A DNA stretch of 64,000 nt. It comes from Candidatus Rifleibacteriota bacterium. GTDB lineage: Bacteria > Muiribacteriota > Ozemobacteria > Ozemobacterales > Ozemobacteraceae. This document shows positions 11,201-20,460 of this stretch, in pieces. Under the pieces are notes generated by a model that made no database searches, was not told the origin of the DNA, and was given only the letters and a program-made list of their open reading frames with translations. Position 1 is the stretch's first letter. Each line of letters starts with the position of its first letter. The stretch spans positions 75,011 through 139,010 of the forward strand of contig JAAYVD010000022.1 of the NCBI GenBank assembly GCA_012517355.1. Direction: 5' to 3'. Made by a program: the position numbers and the translations under genes.

Positions 11201-14200
11201 ATCGTGAAAGCCGCCTGCACGGCGGCCTCGTCCATGAGTCGCGAGAAGGGCAGCACCAGTTCCGCGTTGGTGGCGACCCCGGTGGCGCCGTCGGCGGGCC
11301 GCACTCCGGCGGTAAGCACCACCGGCCGACCCAGGGTGCTGAAGCCGATGGTCACCGCCTCGGAGAGGGCGACCCCCCCCTGGTTGCGGGCCCCGGTGCC
11401 GACCGTGATGGTGGCGGGGGTGCCGAACAGCAGCGGCTGGGCGAAGGAGGCGGTCATGGTCTGGCTGTCTGGCCAGGCGAATTGCACCGGGCCGCCGGGC
11501 GCGGGCACCAGGCTGAACGCTGCCTGGACCGAGGCCTGGTCCATCGGCTGGTCGAAGGTCAGGCGGATCGGTAGCAGGGGGTTGGCGGCTGCAGCCCCGG
11601 GCGCCGGCACCGCGGCGATCAGGCGGGGACCGGCCGGGGAAACGGTCTGCAGGGTGAACGATCCCGGAGGGGTCAAAGCCAGGCCGTCCTGGTCACGGGC
11701 CCCCGGCCCTACCGTCCATTCCAGGGTGGTGGCGGGTTCCAGGCCGAGGGGAAAACGCAGGGTCAGGAGGCGGTTCCCGTCCGACCAGGCCAGGGTGGGC
11801 GCCTGCTGCGGCACCGGCCGGAAAAGGGGGATGACGGTGGCCGGCTCCATGGGGGCGGAAAAGGCGATCTCCAGCGGCGTATCGAGGGGAACCCCGGTGG
11901 CACCGGATTCGGGACGCACGGCCGTCACGGTGGGGGCGACCCCGGCGGCGGTGGTGAATCCGGCGGAAAACGCGGCGGCGAGGGCGATACCCTGGGCGTC
12001 CCGGGCTCCGGCTCCGACAAAGACCGAGTAGGCCTGGCCCGGTCGCAGGGGGGAGGCCGGGGCGAAGGACAGGGTGGAACCGCTCCAGGAGACGGTGCCC
12101 GCTTCCGCCAGCCCGCCGCGGAGCAGGGCGAAGGCCTTGGCCGTCGCCGTCTGGTCCATCGTCTTGCTGAAGGGAACGCGGATCACCACCCCGCTGGCCA
12201 CGCCCGTGGCCCCGTCTGGCGGAAACAGGCCCCCCGCCACCACGACCGGGGCCGCCTCGGTCTGGAAGGTGGTGGCGAAATCGCGGCCCAGGGCCACGTT
12301 GCTGGCGTCGGTCACGGTGCTGGCGATGGTGCAGGTGAACGTCGTCCCGGCGGGCAGGAGCGCCCCCGAGGTCACGGTCAGGGTGCTGCCCGCTCCGTCC
12401 CAGGCCAGGAGGGTGCCGCCCGGGGGAGCGGGGGACAGCCGGAGGCCAGCGGTCACCGCGGCCTGGTCCATTGCCCGGTCGAAGACCACCTGCAGGCGCA
12501 GGACGGTGGTGGCGATCACCGTTCCATCGGTAGGCGAGACACGCACGATGCGTGGGTTCAGGACCGCCCCGGTGGTGAACGTGATGGCCCGCGTTCCCGT
12601 CAGAGTCTGCCCCAGCAGGTCGGCGGCGGAGGCCGCCACCGTGGCCTGGTAGGCGGTGGAGGGGGCCAGGGCCACGTTCCAGGCGAGGGTGAGGGTCCGG
12701 CCGTCCGCGCTCCAGGACCGGGTGGGGGTGCCGCCGATCTCGGGAAGGAAGCCCACCTGGACCGTGTTAGTGGCCATGGTCTTGGAAAACCCGAACTGGA
12801 GGGTGGGGAACAGGGGCACGCCGGTGGCCCCGTTGGCGGGGGTGGTCTGCACCAGAGTGGGCGGGGTGGGGTCGGCCGTGGTGAACGTGAATTCCCACGG
12901 GGCGGCGGGATGGTTCCCCAACAGGTCGGCCGTGGCGGTGCCCAGCCGTCCGGTCATCCGGGTGTTGCCCGGCAACGGCTTGGACCAGGAGATCCGGACC
13001 GTACGGTCGTCAGGCCAGGTGAAGGACGCCGTGCCGGCCGGGGGCGGAGAAAGGCTCCAGGCGGCCGGTACCGAGGTTCGCGACACCGGCTCGTCGAAGG
13101 CCAGTTCCACCGTCGTGGCCGGGTCCACGTTGGCCTGGCCGTCGGCCGGCGCCACCCGCACCAGGTTCGGAGGTTCGGTGTCGGCCGTGGTGAACGTGAT
13201 CCGGATCGGCTGGGACAGGGGAATACCCCCGGCGCTTTTCGCGGTCTGGCCCACCGCCAGTTCATAGGTCGCGAAGTTGGCGAGCGGCATGGGCGGGGCG
13301 ACTTCCAGGGTCTGGTTGCCGTCCTTCCAGGTCAGGACGGGCGGGACCGCGCCGGCCGGGGCCAGGCTCAGGGCGCCCTTGACCGAGACCGGATCCATCG
13401 CCTGGGAAAAACGCAGGGTGGGAATGGTGGTGCGGAAGACCCCGGTCTGCCCGTTGGCGGGAACCGCCCCGGTCAGGGTGGGGGCCACCTGCGAGGAGGT
13501 GGTGAAGGCCACCGACCAGGCCGCGCTCAGCCCGTTCCCGTGCAGGTCGGCTGCCGCCGTGGCGAGGAACCACCGGACGGTGGCCAGGGCGGGCCAGGGC
13601 AGGCCCGGGTTGACCCAGGTTTCCGTCCCGCTCGCGTTCCATTGGAAGGTCAAGCTGGTGGCGGGCGGCGAGAAGGCGAGGGACTGCTCGACCGAGGTCC
13701 GGTTCATCGGCTCGCTGAACTGCAGGAACAGGGCGGCGTTGGTCGGCACCCCAAGGCTTCCGGAGGCGGGCAGGAAGGCGGTGATCGTGGGGGCGGTGAG
13801 GTCGGGCAGGGGGAACTGGAACCGTGTTTCCCCCGCCAACGCGATGCCTTCCTTGTCGCGGGCGAAGCCCGAGAAGCTGGCGACCAGGTCGGACGTGGGC
13901 ATCCAGGGCGGATCCCAGGTGATGAGGACCTCGGTGTCCTCGGGGTTCCAGGTGAAGGTGGCCGTCACCGGGGCGACCGGCCAGGTCGAGAAGCCGGCGG
14001 CCACGCTGGCCTTGTCCATCGGCCGGTCGAACTGGAACTTCAGGCTGGCCAGGGGCCCGGTGAGCGGGCTGCCATTGGCCGGCACCGTCCCGATGACCGT
14101 GGGACCGCTCTTGGCGCCGGTGGTGAAGGAGATCTGCCGCGCGGCGACGAGGGCATTCCCCTCGAGATCCCGGCAACCGGTTCCGATCAGGATCTCGTGC

Positions 14201-15810
14201 AGGTCAGATGCCTTCCAGAGGGCGTTCGGGACGACCGCGACCGTGGTCCGGTCGGCGGTCCAGAACCACGACAGGGTTCCGACATCCGGCCGGAGCACCC
14301 GGACCGATTTCTCCACCGAGTCCACCTCCATGGTCTCGGAAAAGCGCATGGCGAGCCGCGCATTGCACGGAACATTCTGGGCGCCGTTGGGCGGGGAGAC
14401 CTGCACCAGGCTCGGGAGATAGGTGTCGGCCGCCGCCGCCGTGGTGAACGACCAGCGGAAGGGTCGGGCCAGCGCGCCGCCCTCGAGGTCGCGGGCCTCC
14501 GTTCCCAGCGTGGCATGGTAGGTGGTCTGCACGGCCAGAGGCAGATCGAACCGGACCAGGGCCGACCGGCCGTCCAGCCAGGTCCAGGAGGCTGCCCCCG
14601 GGTCCGGGGTCAGGCTCAGGGCCCGCGCGACCGACAATGGTTCCATCGCCCGGTCGAACGCGATCTCCAGGAAACTCTGGCGGGGAACCCCGACCGCGAG
14701 GTCGGCCGGGACCGTCTCCAGGACGCGGGGCAGGGATACCGCGGCCGCCGCGGACTGGGGTTGCACGATCAACCGCCCTTCCCGCAGGAACCGCGGTCCC
14801 GTCCCGTTCCACGCCGTCAGCCCCCAGTCGATGATCTGGGGGACCTGCGAGGGGGTCTTCCCGGACAGGGCCAGGGCGAACGAGAAGGTGGCTCCGCCCG
14901 TCCCGGTCGTCCGTTCGACGAACGCGGCGGTCTCGAGGGGGATCCGGATGCCCTGAATGGGGTCGGGGGAGAGGGATTGGCCGTTCCCCGCCGCGGCCGG
15001 GGGCCGCACTTCCAGCGCCAGGGCGGGGTCGGGGAACAACTGCATGGTCACCCGCCAGGAAGACAGATCGAACGCTCCGGCCACGGGGGCGGGTAGGAGA
15101 GAGTCCAGCCGCAGGTCCTGGGCGAACCATCCGTTCCGGTCGAGGAGGGCGACCGCCGGGGTGGCGGTCAACCCTGGGGCCGCCAGCGGATACCCGTGCT
15201 CGAACCCGGTGCACCGGACGGCCATCCATTCCGACAGCCGCCAGGTCATGACGGCCGCGGTGCGACTCAGGGGATCTATGGTGGGAGAGATGAGCTCCCA
15301 TGGGCTGCTGGCCTGTCGGCGGGCCAGGAAGATGCCGGTGTCGTTGCCGGCGGCAACCTGCAGGTCGGGAAACAGGGGAATGTCGAGCCGCACTGGTTGC
15401 AGGAGGCGGTCGAGCCTCAGGCGGAGGTTGATCCGGTACAGGTCGGAGACCGGGCTGAACCCGCGGGGAAGGGTTCGTGCTTCCGAACCGGGAAAGGTGG
15501 AGGAAACCGTCAGCATGCAATCCTGGGGGGTGGCATTGAGGGGAACCTGCAGGCGGAACCGGTCGAACCGGTAGTCCAGGGTTTCCGCCGTCCTGACCAT
15601 GAGGGCCGCGTTGAGAGTGGTCGCCCCCCCGTCGGGATGGTCACGCATGACCCGGAACGGACTGACGATGGCGCAACCGAACCCAAGGAGCGGGAGGAGG
15701 AAAAGGAGGAACACTTCCGGTCTGAATCGGGGGAACCTCGTCTCCCTCACGGGCTTACCTCCAGATTGCCATGTCGTTGGCATCGTGAAGTTGGGATTGT
15801 CCGGGGACAC
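8212..15810 (-). CDS. Giant (2,532 aa) cell-surface protein. It has an N-terminal signal/anchor, about 20 tandem bacterial Ig-like (SbsA/Big_5-type) domains and a C-terminal Kelch-type beta-propeller.
   Basis: Repeated ~90-aa units with the pattern V(S/T)P..GA.GV......L.F(S/D).PM....V. C-terminal Kelch-like blades (DVWRSDDGKTWTEV, RLWVIGGE, KMWLLGG, RLWVFGG). N-terminal hydrophobic anchor FLLFLLPLLGFGCAIV. Confidence 0.85.
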   Translation of the reverse strand: MSPDNPNFTMPTTWQSGGKPVRETRFPRFRPEVFLLFLLPLLGFGCAIVSPFRVMRDHPDGGATTLNAALMVRTAETLDYRFDRFRLQVPLNATPQDCMLTVSSTFPGSEARTLPRGFSPVSDLYRINLRLRLDRLLQPVRLDIPLFPDLQVAAGNDTGIFLARRQASSPWELISPTIDPLSRTAAVMTWRLSEWMAVRCTGFEHGYPLAAPGLTATPAVALLDRNGWFAQDLRLDSLLPAPVAGAFDLSSWRVTMQLFPDPALALEVRPPAAAGNGQSLSPDPIQGIRIPLETAAFVERTTGTGGATFSFALALSGKTPSQVPQIIDWGLTAWNGTGPRFLREGRLIVQPQSAAAAVSLPRVLETVPADLAVGVPRQSFLEIAFDRAMEPLSVARALSLTPDPGAASWTWLDGRSALVRFDLPLAVQTTYHATLGTEARDLEGGALARPFRWSFTTAAAADTYLPSLVQVSPPNGAQNVPCNARLAMRFSETMEVDSVEKSVRVLRPDVGTLSWFWTADRTTVAVVPNALWKASDLHEILIGTGCRDLEGNALVAARQISFTTGAKSGPTVIGTVPANGSPLTGPLASLKFQFDRPMDKASVAAGFSTWPVAPVTATFTWNPEDTEVLITWDPPWMPTSDLVASFSGFARDKEGIALAGETRFQFPLPDLTAPTITAFLPASGSLGVPTNAALFLQFSEPMNRTSVEQSLAFSPPATSLTFQWNASGTETWVNPGLPWPALATVRWFLATAAADLHGNGLSAAWSVAFTTSSQVAPTLTGAVPANGQTGVFRTTIPTLRFSQAMDPVSVKGALSLAPAGAVPPVLTWKDGNQTLEVAPPMPLANFATYELAVGQTAKSAGGIPLSQPIRITFTTADTEPPNLVRVAPADGQANVDPATTVELAFDEPVSRTSVPAAWSLSPPPAGTASFTWPDDRTVRISWSKPLPGNTRMTGRLGTATADLLGNHPAAPWEFTFTTADPTPPTLVQTTPANGATGVPLFPTLQFGFSKTMATNTVQVGFLPEIGGTPTRSWSADGRTLTLAWNVALAPSTAYQATVAASAADLLGQTLTGTRAITFTTGAVLNPRIVRVSPTDGTVIATTVLRLQVVFDRAMDQAAVTAGLRLSPAPPGGTLLAWDGAGSTLTVTSGALLPAGTTFTCTIASTVTDASNVALGRDFATTFQTEAAPVVVAGGLFPPDGATGVASGVVIRVPFSKTMDQTATAKAFALLRGGLAEAGTVSWSGSTLSFAPASPLRPGQAYSVFVGAGARDAQGIALAAAFSAGFTTAAGVAPTVTAVRPESGATGVPLDTPLEIAFSAPMEPATVIPLFRPVPQQAPTLAWSDGNRLLTLRFPLGLEPATTLEWTVGPGARDQDGLALTPPGSFTLQTVSPAGPRLIAAVPAPGAAAANPLLPIRLTFDQPMDQASVQAAFSLVPAPGGPVQFAWPDSQTMTASFAQPLLFGTPATITVGTGARNQGGVALSEAVTIGFSTLGRPVVLTAGVRPADGATGVATNAELVLPFSRLMDEAAVQAAFTMTANSAAVGGSFSWSGSTMTFRPTGPLPVDGTIAVTVGAAAPDRLGLTLGTVFTTGFATVRSAPPTVTGGSPAAGATGVAVDSAVTVTFSKPMASPTVAVAVSPAGPTPVRSWSADGTVLTLSQPGGWPGGTLLTVTVPATAADTAGNLLGSAFSLSFTTQAIAGPRVIAMTPLPDAADVPVATAITLRFDAPMATASVESAVTVAPPPAGTPVRTWSADWTRLTLQWPAPLPFGQAHGVTVTTAATSMTGSRLAVPFLATFTTEAAPAVAAVTPAAGATGIATDATIRVQFNKEMNHLAAEQAFSLVAGTGPITGTFSWEGLTQVFRPGSPLPASATLGVTVDTTARDTRDNALATRFSSTFQTVPAPALRLASTSPVDGQTAVPLLSPVVLEFSNPMVVDTVTVGFSPAPAGTLTQTWNASGTRLSIAFGSAFAANQTYQVTVAAGARDVYGGPLTGVTGFSFRTVAVTAPQVVSLSPAPGAVEVARQAPIVFIFDRAMDRASTAGAFTIQPVVDAPAFAWSAGDTTLSVTFPASLSYATAYEATVGVTARDATGTALVTAVSTAFTTEARPRVVAGSEFPTPGAEGIATNTRVAVTFSKTMNRATTEAAFRLTAGGTAVPGSFAWQDRTLEFTPAGPLPISTACTVTITTAATDERGNSLASPYSWTFTTRGLEGAAWRCDLPDDPLGSHFSERQDHAVVSFGGSLWLIGGNDGAFRNDVWRSDDGKTWTEVAADAPTAPGRFSPRAGHACLVYDNRLWVIGGEVETATGIDVMDDAWYTTDGVSWTVATTSADFWARGYATAVAYDGKMWLLGGRAYDPDGNVVLLGDAWTSTDGVRWTEVPSSVSYFPRMYPTAAVLGGRLWVFGGYGTNAAGVTGPLGDAWVTTTGAVWNRVAEQAGYSARYGAALLFHKNNAWLIGGIGRDTDGWETYLNDVWSTPDGTTWTRVLDNAPAGPARFEGRARAGAAVHDGRMVVTGGETNLGPLNDVWSSE

Positions 15811-16000
15811 TCCACTATATCCCTCGTGGCATGAGGTGTAAAGGGATCGATAAGGCTTCCGGCAGATGTGGCCGGTGCCCCGATTGGGTTTCTTGCCGCG
15901 TCAGGCGGCCTTCATTTCCCCGGCGATATGAGGTCATCCCTACCCCAGGCCCTGCGACAGGCGGCGCGAAATATCCGTGTCCCCAACGGACACAGGCTCG

Positions 16001-16837
16001 TCAGGGGCGTGCCGGCTCCCGGGGGCCCGCCATGGGCCCGGGTACCGCTTTGTGCCGCACGAGGTCTGGCAGGCAGAATGCCTTCCCATCCGGCCCACAG
16101 TCCGGACACGTGCAATATCGGAATTCCAGGTCGGGATCGGTGCGCTCGGTCCGACCGCACGTGGTGCACCGGTGGCGGGCTTCGGCGGGCTCTGCGGACA
16201 GCGCCGCGGCCTGCCTGGCACGTGCGGCCTGCCCCAACCGCTGGCGCATTCCCCCGAAGAACATCGGCGCGAAAAACAACAGGTAGTTCCCGATGGCCAC
16301 AAGGGCGGCGAACTTCAGGGCCCAGGGCAGCACTACCACCGCCCACACGATGCCCGCGCCGCTCAACAGGCCCAGATACTTCGCCTTCACCGGGAGCACG
16401 AAGAACACCAGGAACTCGTAGTCCGGGAACAGCGTGGCGAAAGCCAGGAACAAGGTCAGGTTGAGAAAATAGCTGCCGACCGGAAAGAAGGGCACGGCAA
16501 AGGCAACCACCAGGGTGAAAACCACCCCCAACAGGTAGAAGACGTTGAACCGGAAGGTTCCCCATTCCTCCTCCAGGGCGTCGCCGGCCAGCACCAGCAT
16601 CATCGTCTCGAACAGGAAAAAGATGGGATTGCCGCTGGCGGGCACGAACAGGAAGCTCCCCAGCCGCCAGACCTGGCCGGCCAGCACCGCATCCGCCTGC
16701 AGCAGAAAGGCTTCCCGGCCAATGATCCCCAGATACTCCGCGCCGAAGACGAGCAGCATGCCCCCGGCCACCACCCGCGTCAGACCCGGCAGGGCCCATC
16801 CCCCCCAGGTCCGCTCCAGGCGGTCGATCAGCGACAT
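16001..16837 (-). CDS. Polytopic membrane protein with a C-terminal zinc ribbon
   Basis: At least six predicted TM helices. C-terminal CTTCG...CTCPDCG (CxxC...CxCxxC). Confidence 0.6.
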   Translation of the reverse strand: MSLIDRLERTWGGWALPGLTRVVAGGMLLVFGAEYLGIIGREAFLLQADAVLAGQVWRLGSFLFVPASGNPIFFLFETMMLVLAGDALEEEWGTFRFNVFYLLGVVFTLVVAFAVPFFPVGSYFLNLTLFLAFATLFPDYEFLVFFVLPVKAKYLGLLSGAGIVWAVVVLPWALKFAALVAIGNYLLFFAPMFFGGMRQRLGQAARARQAAALSAEPAEARHRCTTCGRTERTDPDLEFRYCTCPDCGPDGKAFCLPDLVRHKAVPGPMAGPREPARP

Positions 16838-16853
16838 GGTCGGGAAACCGCGC

Positions 16854-19322
16854 TCAGGACCGGGGCTTGAAGGAATGGCACTCGGCCATGATGCTGCCGT
16901 CCTTCAGGGTCTGGTAGGGCAACATTTCCACCTCGATCTCCTCGTTTCCGACGAGGTAGGGAAGCGAAGCCACCCCCTGCAGCCGGAACGTCTTGCCCTG
17001 GAAATCGACCAGGACCCCCCCGTCGGGCCGCACTTCCTTCAACTTCGCGGTGACCCGGCTCATCCGGTTCATGCGCAGCCCCTCGGGAACCTCCGAATGG
17101 TGGATCAGGTTCGCGTCACCTTTGCGCGGATCCCAGGTCTCGACCTTCGGGCCGGGGTCACCCGTCTCGCCGGGCCCCAGCATCCGCAGAAACAGCGACG
17201 GGAGGAAGGCCAGAAAGGCGATCACCCCGAGCATCACCGCATAGGTCTTCCATTCCCCGCCCCCCGGCTTCCCCTGCCCGGCGGCCTTGGCCTCGCGGCT
17301 GGCCGACTCCCGGCTGCGGATCGCCGCTCGCACCTGGGAGACGGCGTACGGCTTGGCCGCCCCGGGCTCCCCGCCAGCCGGCGTTCCGCCAGGGGTGGCC
17401 GGGGCCGTTCCCGTCCCCGAAGCCTCTTTCCCTGCCGCGCCGGGGGCCACCGGGCCGGGGGAGGCCGTCGGCGCCGGCGTGACGGGAACCCTTGGCGCGC
17501 CGCGCTTGCCCCGCACCGCCCCCCGCGCCTGGTCGTCCAGACCCAGTTGCAGGATCAGGTCGAACAGGTCCATCCGGGCCTGGGCGATGGTCAACGAGAC
17601 CGACGGATTCGACCGGGCATGCACCCGGTCGAGCTGGTCGAGCAGCTCCACCGACGGGTTCGACAACAGGACCACCAGGATCTGGCGCGCGATCGCCGAA
17701 TGGTCCTCCTTCTCGAGGGTTTTCAGCAGCAGCTTGGTGACCTTCTCTACCGGGAACAGGAACAGGCAGCTCACGGCATTGGCCCGCGCGGCCGGTTCCG
17801 GCGCGGCCAGCATCACGCCCAGGGCGTTCAGGGCGGCCTCCTCGTCGTGCGTCCGGGCGATCCGGATGCCCCGCGCCCGCAACCGCGCGTCTGAACTGGC
17901 CAGCAGCGCGGGCAGCAGCGGGATCAACCGCTTGGGATCGTGCTTCTCGATGATCCGGGCCGCCGCCGCCTGCACCCCCGGGTCGCCGTCGCGCATGGCC
18001 GCTTCCGCGACCGGCAGGCTGTCGGCCGCGGTGTCGAGCCGGTGCAGCGTGGCCAGGGCGGCCGCCCGCAGTGCCGGGGAACCGGCCCCCGCCTCCTGCC
18101 GCACCCAGTCCGCCCAGACCTTGAACGACTCGGCGTCCAGGGTGCGCAGAAACTGCCGCTTGTCCTCGTCGGAGTACTGCCCGGGACCGCCGGCCAGCGA
18201 AGCCAGCTGTTTCTCCTTCGCGTAGCCGGCCTGCACCCGTCGGGCCAGCTCCTCGGTGGCGGGGTTCGCCGACAACCGGTCCACCGTGGCCCGCACCTCG
18301 GCGGTCTCCATGTTCTTGGCCAGCCAGGCCTCCATCGCGTCGCGCCGCGGGCCGGCCGTGACCGCGATCTGCACCTCCAGGTCGGCCAGGAACTTCTTCA
18401 GCCGCTCCTGCCGCCACCGCCGGATCATCGCTTCGGCGGTGGCCTCTCCTTCCGGCACCACTCCGGCCACTCCCAGCGTCTGGCACAGCACCTTGAACAC
18501 CGCAGTCAGGCCGGGAGCGCGCTTCTTGTCGGCCGTGTCGATCAGGTCGAGCAGCCGCAGCGCCCCGTCAACCTCGGGATTCATGGCCAGCAGCGTGCCG
18601 CACCCCTTCACCACCTCGGGGTCCAACTCCTCCTGCAGGATGGCGAAGATGAACTCGCGCACCTTGGCGAAGGGGAACAAGAACGCGATCGACAGGCCGG
18701 CCAGCCGGTCCTCGGGCTTGCGCGAGGCCAGCAGTTCCGACAGGTGGGCCTCCGCCTCCTCGGGGTCGATCCGCCGCAACGCGGTGATGGCCCGCCCCCG
18801 CACCAGGGGGTGCGGGGAGGCCAGCAGGTCGGGCAGCAGGGGCAGCAGGGCCTGCGGGGCCAGCGTCTCCAGCGCTTCGATGAAGGGCAGGGCGAGGTTG
18901 GAATCGGTCTTCGGCAGCTGTGCCGCCAGCCAGGCCACGTCGGGTTCCCCCCCGTGGCGGCTCAAAAACACCGCGATCGCTGGCTTCAGCTCCTCACCGC
19001 ACTGGTCTCGCTTCGCCCGCACCAGTTCAAGGACCCTGGGAATCTCGTCCTTCAGCGGAGCCAGCAAGCAATTGCGGTCCAGTTCTCCCGTCGCTGCCGC
19101 CCCCTCCGGCTTCTGGCCCAGCCGGGCCTGGATCTTCGAAATGGCCTGCGCGGCGAAGAAGGTCAATTCCCGGTCGCCGCTCTCGGCCAGCTTGCGCAGC
19201 CGGAAGACCGCCTCGGGGTCGGCCGAGGTCTTGGCCAGCTGCACGATCGCCGCGATGACGACCGACCGCTTCTCCGAGGCGAGCTGGGCGAGCGTCGATT
19301 GGTCCTGGGTGGGTGCGGTCAC
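16854..19322 (-). CDS. HEAT-repeat (PBS-lyase-like) protein with a C-terminal TM helix and a small beta domain
   Basis: Repeating ~30-aa helical units (VRxxAAxALxxIGDP-like). TM helix VMLGVIAFLAFLPSLFL near the C-terminus. Confidence 0.7.
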   Translation of the reverse strand: MTAPTQDQSTLAQLASEKRSVVIAAIVQLAKTSADPEAVFRLRKLAESGDRELTFFAAQAISKIQARLGQKPEGAAATGELDRNCLLAPLKDEIPRVLELVRAKRDQCGEELKPAIAVFLSRHGGEPDVAWLAAQLPKTDSNLALPFIEALETLAPQALLPLLPDLLASPHPLVRGRAITALRRIDPEEAEAHLSELLASRKPEDRLAGLSIAFLFPFAKVREFIFAILQEELDPEVVKGCGTLLAMNPEVDGALRLLDLIDTADKKRAPGLTAVFKVLCQTLGVAGVVPEGEATAEAMIRRWRQERLKKFLADLEVQIAVTAGPRRDAMEAWLAKNMETAEVRATVDRLSANPATEELARRVQAGYAKEKQLASLAGGPGQYSDEDKRQFLRTLDAESFKVWADWVRQEAGAGSPALRAAALATLHRLDTAADSLPVAEAAMRDGDPGVQAAAARIIEKHDPKRLIPLLPALLASSDARLRARGIRIARTHDEEAALNALGVMLAAPEPAARANAVSCLFLFPVEKVTKLLLKTLEKEDHSAIARQILVVLLSNPSVELLDQLDRVHARSNPSVSLTIAQARMDLFDLILQLGLDDQARGAVRGKRGAPRVPVTPAPTASPGPVAPGAAGKEASGTGTAPATPGGTPAGGEPGAAKPYAVSQVRAAIRSRESASREAKAAGQGKPGGGEWKTYAVMLGVIAFLAFLPSLFLRMLGPGETGDPGPKVETWDPRKGDANLIHHSEVPEGLRMNRMSRVTAKLKEVRPDGGVLVDFQGKTFRLQGVASLPYLVGNEEIEVEMLPYQTLKDGSIMAECHSFKPRS

Positions 19323-19589
19323 GATCCCCTTCCTCGTCTCAATTCCCGGCGGATGGCCCTCGGGCGATGCGCGAAACGGAGGTTTCGCACGGCCACCCGT
19401 GGCGGCAAGGGGATCCTTCTGACGTCGTGTCGATCGCCTTCGCGCCCGGTGCGGCCCGATCGCTCAACACCGCCAGTGGTGGCGATACCGAGGCCACTTC
19501 GCATTTCGGAGGGAACGTTTTCCCGGTCCAGGGGGTGGGGGGTGGCGGCCGGTAACGGGCCGTCGGCGGCGGGCGGCGGGCCGCGCCGG

Positions 19590-19943
19590 TCACGACCCGA
19601 AGTAGGCTTTGGCCTCTTCCACCGTCGCGAAGAAGGTGCCGACCTGGTTCATGCCCGAGATCTGGAACGCCTCCAGGACCAGGTTCGACATCTTGCAGAA
19701 CCCGATCTCCAGCTGGTGCGCCTCCTGGAGGTTCTCGCAGACGTCGATCATGGCGGCCAGCCCGGTGCTGTTCACCACCGGGGAATCGGCGAAGTCGAAA
19801 ATGACGAACTTCACCCCGGCCAGCGGGGCCTGACGGATGCCCTCGGTCAGCTTCTGTCCGAGGATTTCGCTGAAATACCCGGACGGCGTGATCATCAACC
19901 ACGGCGGATCGGCCTTGATGGTGCATTCTGGGGTTTTGTTCAC
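19590..19943 (-). CDS. STAS-domain anti-sigma-factor antagonist (SpoIIAA/RsbV-like)
   Basis: 117 aa. The VIFDFADSPVVNSTGLAAMIDVCENL...GFCKMSNLVLEAFQISGMNQVGTFFATVEEA region shows the STAS fold pattern. Confidence 0.8.
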   Translation of the reverse strand: MNKTPECTIKADPPWLMITPSGYFSEILGQKLTEGIRQAPLAGVKFVIFDFADSPVVNSTGLAAMIDVCENLQEAHQLEIGFCKMSNLVLEAFQISGMNQVGTFFATVEEAKAYFGS

Positions 19944-20460
19944 GGTTCGTTATTCCCTCTCCGGGCCATTCTACCCTCCCCGCCCCCGCGTCGCAAGTGC
20001 GACCCGGAAAACCCTCTGGCACCTGGACGCTTCCGGGTTTCGGCTTGTGGACGAAGCTTCGGGCCGGCATCAGATCAGGATCGCGCCGACACGGTCGGAA
20101 CAGGGCCCTGCTGAAGGGGGTGGACCACGTCTGTTCCCCCACGTTCATCGGCGGAATCATGAGACGCTCAGCTGACCCATAAGAAAACCTGCAACCCCGG
20201 TCGACAGGGAAAGGGGAAATCCCGCCATGTTGAATTTGCTTTGCACAGGCCTCCGGTGGTGGCAGGCGGTTCCGCGACGGCTGGAAAACGGCGCCCCTGA
20301 GACGGCCGTCGGGTGGACCACTGGCGGCCGCTCCAGCGTGGCTGCCTACCGGTTTCACGGCCTGGACTGTCCCCCGCCCGACGATCCAGCCTCCCGGACC
20401 ACCGGTCCGAACAAGATCCGGTCGGAAGCCCGGACGCGGTTCCTGGAAAGGAATCCCTGA

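Noticed and set aside
19944-20460. 518-nt divergent intergenic region between the STAS gene and the SLH gene, considered as a possible riboswitch or sRNA
   Set aside because: I found no conserved repeat, no strong hairpin series and no recognisable promoter consensus. The evidence is too weak to call anything.
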